DNA of 64,000 nucleotides from Alphaproteobacteria bacterium (GTDB lineage Bacteria; Pseudomonadota; Alphaproteobacteria; JAOXRX01): NCBI GenBank assembly GCA_025800285.1, contig JAOXRX010000039.1, positions 10,006 to 74,005 of the forward strand, read 5' to 3'. Shown piece by piece: positions 58,056 to 64,000 of this stretch (position 1 is its first letter; each line of letters starts with the position of its first letter). The notes under the pieces were generated by a model. It saw only the letters and a program-made list of their open reading frames with translations, ran no database searches and was not told where the DNA came from. The position numbers and the translations under genes were made by a program.

Positions 58056-58595
58056 CTAAAAATATCTTTTTAGTAAACCGCTGAAACCAGAACCATGTCT
58101 AGCTTCATCTTTAGCCATTTCATGAACAGTATCATGAATAGCATCAAGATTCAATTTTTTAGCTTCTGTAGCTAAATCTTTTTTACCTTGGCAAGCACCA
58201 TGCTCAGCAGCAGCTCTTAACTCTAAGTTCTTTTTAGTAGAATCTGTAACAACTTCTCCTAAAAGCTCTGCAAATTTAGCTGCATGTTCAGCCTCTTCAA
58301 AAGCATATCTTTTAAATGCTTCTGCAATTTCTGGATAACCTTCTCTATCAGCAACCCTACTCATAGCTAAATACATACCTACTTCACAACACTCACCATT
58401 AAAGTTATCTCTTAACCCCTCTATAATATGTTCTGGAGCATCTTTTGCTATCCCAACAACATGCTCATCTGCATAACCCTCATCATCTTTTTTTTCTGTA
58501 AATTTATCTTGTCCTACTGCACAAACTGGACAAAGAATTGGAGCTTCATCTCCTTCATGAACATAACCACAAACTGTACATACAAATTTTTTCAT
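58056..58595 (-). CDS. reverse rubrerythrin (N-terminal rubredoxin-like domain plus C-terminal ferritin-like diiron domain)
   Basis: [10 protein letters not shown] ... CPVC rubredoxin Cys pairs at the N-terminus; EEAEHA and EARH diiron ligand motifs. Confidence 0.8.
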   Translation of the reverse strand: MKKFVCTVCGYVHEGDEAPILCPVCAVGQDKFTEKKDDEGYADEHVVGIAKDAPEHIIEGLRDNFNGECCEVGMYLAMSRVADREGYPEIAEAFKRYAFEEAEHAAKFAELLGEVVTDSTKKNLELRAAAEHGACQGKKDLATEAKKLNLDAIHDTVHEMAKDEARHGSGFSGLLKRYF

Positions 58596-58613
58596 TACTA
58601 AACCTTTCCTATT

Positions 58614-59084
58614 TTAAATAAACTTTCCTTGTATGGTAATATTGACATCTTTTATGTCAAAACCCTCTATATTATTACTCTCTATAAAGTCTTTAACAAA
58701 GGAAATTATTCCATTATCAAAGTAATCCTTTATTAAGTCTTTTTCCTCATCTATTAAGTGCAAATGAAAATCTGTATTGCCATCATATTTAGCAACACCA
58801 TTATCACTGTCTATTTTTTTGATAAGATTATTTTTTTCAAATAGCTCTAGAGTATTATATACACTAGCTAAAGATATAACTACATTCTTATTTTTAAGTT
58901 TTTGCATCACATCTTCTGCAGTAAAATGAACATTTTTTACATCCATTAACTCTAAGATACTTAATCTTTGAGATGTAACTCTTATATTCTTATTTTTTAA
59001 CAGTGATAAATATTTATTTTTCACAATCGCCCTCTTTTTTAATGATTCTAAAATTAGAATAATTCTAAACTGTAATTTTGTCAA
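58614..59084 (-). CDS. Fur family (PerR-like) transcriptional regulator
   Basis: RVTSQRLSILELM ... HFTAEDV ... SLASVYNTLELF winged-helix; HLHL metal-site region; precedes the rubrerythrin gene. Confidence 0.7.
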   Translation of the reverse strand: MTKLQFRIILILESLKKRAIVKNKYLSLLKNKNIRVTSQRLSILELMDVKNVHFTAEDVMQKLKNKNVVISLASVYNTLELFEKNNLIKKIDSDNGVAKYDGNTDFHLHLIDEEKDLIKDYFDNGIISFVKDFIESNNIEGFDIKDVNITIQGKFI

Positions 59085-59137
59085 GTTATTTATGCAAAAA
59101 AAATAGCCCCTATTTTATCAGAGCTATTTTAATTAAT

Positions 59138-60793
59138 TTAAGACAGTAATTTTTCTGCGAGCTTTACACCCTCTTCTGTAATTTCTTCTCCCGATATCAT
59201 TCGAGCTATTTCATCAACTCTATGATTGTCATCTATTATCTTAATATTAGTCAATAAATCTTCTCCAATCATAGCCTTTTGTACTTTAAGGTGATTATGG
59301 GCTCTAGCTGCAACCTGTGCACTATGAGTAATAACAAGTAATTGCAGATGCTTACTCAAAGAGAATAACTTTTTACCCACAGCATCAGCAGTAGCTCCAC
59401 CGACACCAGAATCTACTTCATCAAATATCATAACTGGTAGAGAAGCATTCTTCGCAACAATAACTTTAATAGCTAGCATAAACCTTGCTAACTCACCACC
59501 TGAAGCGATTTTATTTAAATCGCCCAAAGGAGATTTGGGATTTGTAGCAATTTTAAATTCTACATTATCAATACCGTCTGAAGAAATATCTTTAGACTTA
59601 ATTGCAACTTTAAATCTTGCCTTCTCTAGTTTTAACTCTGGCAGTTCTTTCATTACAAAGTTAGTTAAATTTTCTCCATATTTTTTTCGCTCTAAAGATA
59701 AAGCTTCAGCTTTACTTAAATAATTAACCTTAGCTTCTTTAATATTAGATTTAACTTTTCTGATTTCTTCATCAATGTTTTCGATTAAATCTAATTTAGC
59801 TTTAAAATCATCTTTAACTTTCACCAAATCATCAACTGAGCATTTATATTTTCTAGCTAAACCTTTTAATAAGAAGAATCTTTCTTCCACCTCTTCCAAA
59901 GAGCTTAAAGATATTTCACTAGTTTTATTCATATATTCTTGAAGCTCTATAATAGAGTTTTGCATTTCTGCCATTGCACCATCTAAAGCATTTGTTAGAG
60001 GATTTATTTCTTCTCCAGCTTTATCAGCTACTTTATCTATAGCAACAATAGCTGATGAAAGCTTGCTTTCAGCACCTTGATAGTCAGTTAAGTTTTCTCT
60101 CACCTCTTTTAGTGCATCAATTATTTTACCTTGATTAAGGAGTTTATATCTTAACTCGCTTATCTCTTGCTCTTCATTTGGCTGAGGATCTACCTTATCT
60201 ATTTCTTGATATGCAAATGCATAATATTCTTCATCTCTAGCAGAGTTTTCTGCTTGCATTTCTAAGTCTGCTAATTTCGATTTTAAATCTTTTAATTTAT
60301 AGTATAAGCTCGCAACTTCTTTTTTATCTTTATCTGTTCCCGCAAAAGAGTCTAAAACATTGATATGATTTTTAACATTCAACAATCCTTGAGTCTCAAA
60401 TTGACCATGAATTTCAACCAATTCATTTCCAACTTTTCTCATAAAATTAATTGGGACAGGCATCCCATTTATATAACCTTTACTCTTTCCATCAGCAGAT
60501 ATAGTTCTTTTTAAAATCAATTCACTATCTTCAGTTTCTATATCTTGTTCTGAAAGAATTTTAAAAACAGGGTGATTCTTTTCTAAATCAAAACTAGAAA
60601 CCACCATAGCTTTATCTTGCCCATGACGAATCAACCCAACATCCGAGCGATATCCTAAAGACAAACCCAAACTATCTAACAGTATAGATTTACCCGCTCC
60701 AGTTTCACCTGTAAGAACATTAAGCCCCGTTTTAAAGTCTATATGGAGCTCATTTATCAATACTATATTTTTTATAAAAATAGATGTTAACAT
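59138..60793 (-). CDS. recN: DNA repair protein RecN
   Basis: Walker A GETGAGKS, long coiled coil, C-terminal signature/Walker B IFDEVDSGVGG. Confidence 0.95.
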   Translation of the reverse strand: MLTSIFIKNIVLINELHIDFKTGLNVLTGETGAGKSILLDSLGLSLGYRSDVGLIRHGQDKAMVVSSFDLEKNHPVFKILSEQDIETEDSELILKRTISADGKSKGYINGMPVPINFMRKVGNELVEIHGQFETQGLLNVKNHINVLDSFAGTDKDKKEVASLYYKLKDLKSKLADLEMQAENSARDEEYYAFAYQEIDKVDPQPNEEQEISELRYKLLNQGKIIDALKEVRENLTDYQGAESKLSSAIVAIDKVADKAGEEINPLTNALDGAMAEMQNSIIELQEYMNKTSEISLSSLEEVEERFFLLKGLARKYKCSVDDLVKVKDDFKAKLDLIENIDEEIRKVKSNIKEAKVNYLSKAEALSLERKKYGENLTNFVMKELPELKLEKARFKVAIKSKDISSDGIDNVEFKIATNPKSPLGDLNKIASGGELARFMLAIKVIVAKNASLPVMIFDEVDSGVGGATADAVGKKLFSLSKHLQLLVITHSAQVAARAHNHLKVQKAMIGEDLLTNIKIIDDNHRVDEIARMISGEEITEEGVKLAEKLLS

Positions 60794-60853
60794 GATTTAA
60801 TTTATATATTAAATATGATTCATTGTCAATTAAAGAAAGCTTTACAGAACAGA

Positions 60854-61615
60854 TTATTGATCAGCTAAATTATTTTCTTTAAGCAAATTATAAGCTAACC
60901 TATACCATTCACTGTTTGGATAATTATAAGACAATATAGCTCCCATTTTTTTAGCTTCTGTATATATACCAATAGATAAGTAGCTCTCAACCAATCTATA
61001 TAAAGCCTCTTCTATATATGCTGTTGTTTGATAGTCTTTGACAACATTATTAAATCTATTTATTGCTGCATTATAAAACTTTCTATTTAAATAGTACCTC
61101 CCTATAGACATTTGCTGTCCAGCAAGATTAGTTTTAGTTAAATCTATTTTCAACTTAGCATCTTTTGCATAGCTAGTTTTAGGGAATCTTCTTATAACTT
61201 CATCCATAGAATACAATGCTAATTCTGTAACAGTTTGATCTTTCGTTACATCCTGAATTTGCTCATAATAGCAAAGAGCTCTTAAATAATAAGCATAAGC
61301 TATATCTTTATCAACAGGATGTAGCTCTATATATCTATCTAAAGCAAGTAAAGCATCATCATATTTCATATTTTTGTAATAAGAGTATGCTGACATAAGT
61401 TGTGATTTTGTTGCCCAAACAGAATAAGGATGCTGTCTTTCAAGCTCTTCAAAAGCCTCAACAGCGGATTGATAACTTTCATTATCCAAAAAACTCTTAG
61501 CTTTGATATATAAATCAGCAACGGTTTCTTCTTGATAAGAGTCGTCAACAACTGGAACTTGTGTTCTAGCACAGGCACTAATCATTAATAGCAATAATAG
61601 AGTAATTTTCTTCAT
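60854..61615 (-). CDS. bamD: outer membrane protein assembly factor BamD
   Basis: lipobox (LMISAC), TPR repeats; 253 aa. Confidence 0.8.
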   Translation of the reverse strand: MKKITLLLLLMISACARTQVPVVDDSYQEETVADLYIKAKSFLDNESYQSAVEAFEELERQHPYSVWATKSQLMSAYSYYKNMKYDDALLALDRYIELHPVDKDIAYAYYLRALCYYEQIQDVTKDQTVTELALYSMDEVIRRFPKTSYAKDAKLKIDLTKTNLAGQQMSIGRYYLNRKFYNAAINRFNNVVKDYQTTAYIEEALYRLVESYLSIGIYTEAKKMGAILSYNYPNSEWYRLAYNLLKENNLADQ

Positions 61616-61621
61616 AAAAAC

Positions 61622-62815
61622 CTACTGAAAATTAACCACTACTTTTCTATACTCAGAGTTTTTAACTCCGTCTTGATCTGGAGTAGCATTCTCACCGAAA
61701 GCAAAGAATGAAACCTTAGAAGCATCAATCCCCTCTTTTATTAACATATTTTTAATAGTTCTTCCTCTATTTTCTGAAATTCTTTTATTAACTTTATCAG
61801 AGCCTGATCTATCAGTATAAGCTTTGATAATTATATAACTATAATCACCGGCTTTAAATGCTTCTGCAATACTACTAATTTTCACTACATCCCCAGATTT
61901 AGGAGATGTGTAGTTTAAAGCAAAGAATAAATTATATTCTCCATTTGATACTTTTTCTATTTTTATATCAGAATCAGCTTCTTCTGGGAATTCTTCTTTG
62001 ATAAGAGAAATAATCTCTTCTTCTATAACTTCCATTTCTTCCTGAGCTTCTTCTACATTCAAGTAATTTGCATAATATAAATCTCTAACTTCTTCTAAAT
62101 CTAAATATTTAGCATTTTCATCCATAGAGAAACCATCTACGATTGCATCCAAACTTTCCTCTGAAGCATATAAACTTGAGCCTTCTCCATAACTATGAAT
62201 ATTATTAAATGCCATTGACCATTTGTCTGAAAAATTCTTTTTACAAGTTCTTGCTTCTAAACTTGTAGCATTTTCTGCTTGTTCTTCAATCCAGCAGTCA
62301 AAATAAACTTGAGCTTTAGCAACATTTATAGGATCTTTTAAAATACCCTCATCATAAATAAGATTCATCATATCTTCTGATGCCCATTTAATCTCTTCAA
62401 ATCTTCTTCTTTCAACTCTCCAGTCTCTAACATTCTCTGGCAAAGGATATGTTCCTTTTGCAGCACTTACAGCTTTATTAAAGAAATACCTTCCGTCAAT
62501 ATAGTCTTTTTCATTTTTATATTCATTCATAGCTAAATCAAAATATTCCATAGCAATAATTTTAGAATATAAATCTAAAGTTTCATTTTCTCCGATTTGA
62601 ACTTTAGCTTGCTCTATAAAAGAATCTTTATATTTATTACACTCAAGACCTTTAAAAACATCAAAAGCATCTTCTCTATAAACAAAACTTTTATGTTTTT
62701 CTGGATTAACAGCTTTGTTGTACCTCGCTATTCTATTATCTTCTAATTTTTGTTGAATATGAGAGCAACCAGAAACACTAGCTACAGCCATAAGTAAAAA
62801 CACTATTTTTTTCAT
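61622..62815 (-). CDS. OmpA family lipoprotein (peptidoglycan-associated C-terminal domain)
   Basis: lipobox VSGC; C-terminal OmpA-like region IIIKAYTDRSGSDKVNKRISENRGRTIKNML. Confidence 0.7.
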   Translation of the reverse strand: MKKIVFLLMAVASVSGCSHIQQKLEDNRIARYNKAVNPEKHKSFVYREDAFDVFKGLECNKYKDSFIEQAKVQIGENETLDLYSKIIAMEYFDLAMNEYKNEKDYIDGRYFFNKAVSAAKGTYPLPENVRDWRVERRRFEEIKWASEDMMNLIYDEGILKDPINVAKAQVYFDCWIEEQAENATSLEARTCKKNFSDKWSMAFNNIHSYGEGSSLYASEESLDAIVDGFSMDENAKYLDLEEVRDLYYANYLNVEEAQEEMEVIEEEIISLIKEEFPEEADSDIKIEKVSNGEYNLFFALNYTSPKSGDVVKISSIAEAFKAGDYSYIIIKAYTDRSGSDKVNKRISENRGRTIKNMLIKEGIDASKVSFFAFGENATPDQDGVKNSEYRKVVVNFQ

Positions 62816-62890
62816 TTTAAATATCCTTCCACAAAATAAAATCTATTTAGTCAAAATTTAGCACCTTTTAATAAATAGTGCAAGTTATTA

Positions 62891-63919
62891 TTAATCTGAC
62901 AGAGGCCATCTAGGTCTAGGAGCAAATGATAGATCATCTACAAGCCCCAGCTTAAATCTTTCCATACCTGCCCAAGCAATCATAGCTCCATTGTCTGTAC
63001 ATTGTTTAATCGGAGGAGCAGAAAAAACCATATCATTTTTATCTGCAAGTCGTGATATAGCATCTCTTATATATTGGTTAGCAGCAACACCCCCAGAAAC
63101 AACTAGATCCTTACCTTCTGGAAAATCTTCTCTAAAAATATCTATAGCTTTTTGTAGTTTTAAAACCATAATATCAGCAATAGTTTTTTGTAAAGAAGCG
63201 GATATATCATTTACATCTTGCTCTTTTAAAGTTTGCTCTTCTGAGACCAATTTCTCAACCTGCAAACGAACCGCCGTTTTTAATCCAGAGAAAGAAAAAT
63301 CACAGTTGTTTTTATTAGCTAAAGGCTTTGGAAATGAGAATCTATTTTCATCACCCAGTTTTGCACTTTGCTCTATTTTAGGTCCGCCAGGATAACCTAG
63401 CCCCATTATTTTCGCAATCTTATCAAAAGCTTCACCAGCAGCATCATCTATAGTTGCTCCTAACTGTTTATATTTGCCAACACCCTCAACAATTAATATT
63501 TGGCAATGCCCTCCTGATGTCAACATTAATAAGTATGGGAACTTAACATCATTAGTAAGCCTAGCCATCAAAGCATGCCCTTCTAAATGGTTTACTGCAA
63601 CAAAAGGAATCTTATGAGCTAAAGATATAGCCTTTGCATTCATAACACCAATCATAACTCCACCTATTAACCCAGGACCACCTGTAGCACAAACACAAGA
63701 TAAATCTTTAAAGGAAATCCCTGCTTCTTCCAGTGCTTGTTTAATTATATCATCAATATAATTAAGATGACTCCTTGCAGCGATTTCTGGTACAACTCCC
63801 CCATATTGCTCATGCTCTTTCAACTGAGTAAGAACCACATTAGATAAAAGCCCTCTTTTATCATCTACAACTGCAGCAGATGTCTCATCACAACTTGTTT
63901 CTATGCCTAAAACTAACAT
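62891..63919 (-). CDS. tsaD: tRNA N6-adenosine threonylcarbamoyltransferase TsaD
   Basis: LGIETSCDETS N-terminus and HLEGH metal motif. Confidence 0.95.
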   Translation of the reverse strand: MLVLGIETSCDETSAAVVDDKRGLLSNVVLTQLKEHEQYGGVVPEIAARSHLNYIDDIIKQALEEAGISFKDLSCVCATGGPGLIGGVMIGVMNAKAISLAHKIPFVAVNHLEGHALMARLTNDVKFPYLLMLTSGGHCQILIVEGVGKYKQLGATIDDAAGEAFDKIAKIMGLGYPGGPKIEQSAKLGDENRFSFPKPLANKNNCDFSFSGLKTAVRLQVEKLVSEEQTLKEQDVNDISASLQKTIADIMVLKLQKAIDIFREDFPEGKDLVVSGGVAANQYIRDAISRLADKNDMVFSAPPIKQCTDNGAMIAWAGMERFKLGLVDDLSFAPRPRWPLSD

Positions 63920-64000
63920 TATTTTTTCGGTTCCTTATATTTTTTAAGAATACTGTACATATTTTTATCTATCCAGTCCTTTAAAAGACTTTTTGCTTCT

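Overview
This is a 64 kb AT-rich chromosomal window that looks like an alphaproteobacterial (Rickettsiales/Holosporales-like) intracellular bacterium. Most of it is conserved housekeeping backbone. The conserved genes present are rpmH-rnpA-yidD-yidC(partial), sufE, fba, engB, rsmE, gap, a yibQ-like gene with ctpA, mnmE, hemW, a parvulin PPIase, era, htpG, kdsA, gmk, pgpA, prfB (with its canonical +1 frameshift), parE, lptD, grpE, an rph-rdgB fusion, ihfA with a MerR-family regulator, blc, greA, serS, recN, bamD and tsaD. Three accessory regions stand out. (1) A roughly 9 kb accretion zone sits between mnmE and tRNA-Arg. It holds a degenerate tRNA-Arg-integrated islet bounded by a 54-nt direct repeat of the tRNA 3' end; the islet carries a type II R-M pair (a C5-methyltransferase with an N-terminal HTH, plus a PD-(D/E)xK nuclease), a KTSC protein and an HNH nuclease. 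Next to it lie a stand-alone MuF-tail/Tlde1-like L,D-transpeptidase toxin with a 4-TM candidate immunity gene, a MORN (YwqK-like) membrane protein, a cysteine-synthase-like/rhodanese fusion, a GNAT and a DUF488 gene. (2) Between tRNA-Pro and hemW there are three hypotheticals and an 1179-aa polytopic membrane protein that may be T4SS-associated. (3) From 37.6 to 52.3 kb there is a three-member paralogous family of unknown proteins flanking a YjbH-like outer-membrane protein, an orphan helicase C-domain ORF, a eukaryote-like LRR protein, and a BspA-type 26-residue-repeat LRR surface protein bracketed by direct copies of a palindromic repeat. A family of about 110-bp hairpin-forming palindromic elements, reminiscent of Rickettsia palindromic elements (RPEs), occurs in clusters at several loci. 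One of these elements is split by an IS481-family insertion whose excision would restore the element. A PerR-like regulator with a reverse rubrerythrin, two DUF488 paralogs each sitting just outside a tRNA 3'-end duplication, three tRNAs (Arg-TCT, Pro-TGG, Gln-TTG) and several clean rho-independent terminators are also present. No CRISPR array or rRNA was seen.
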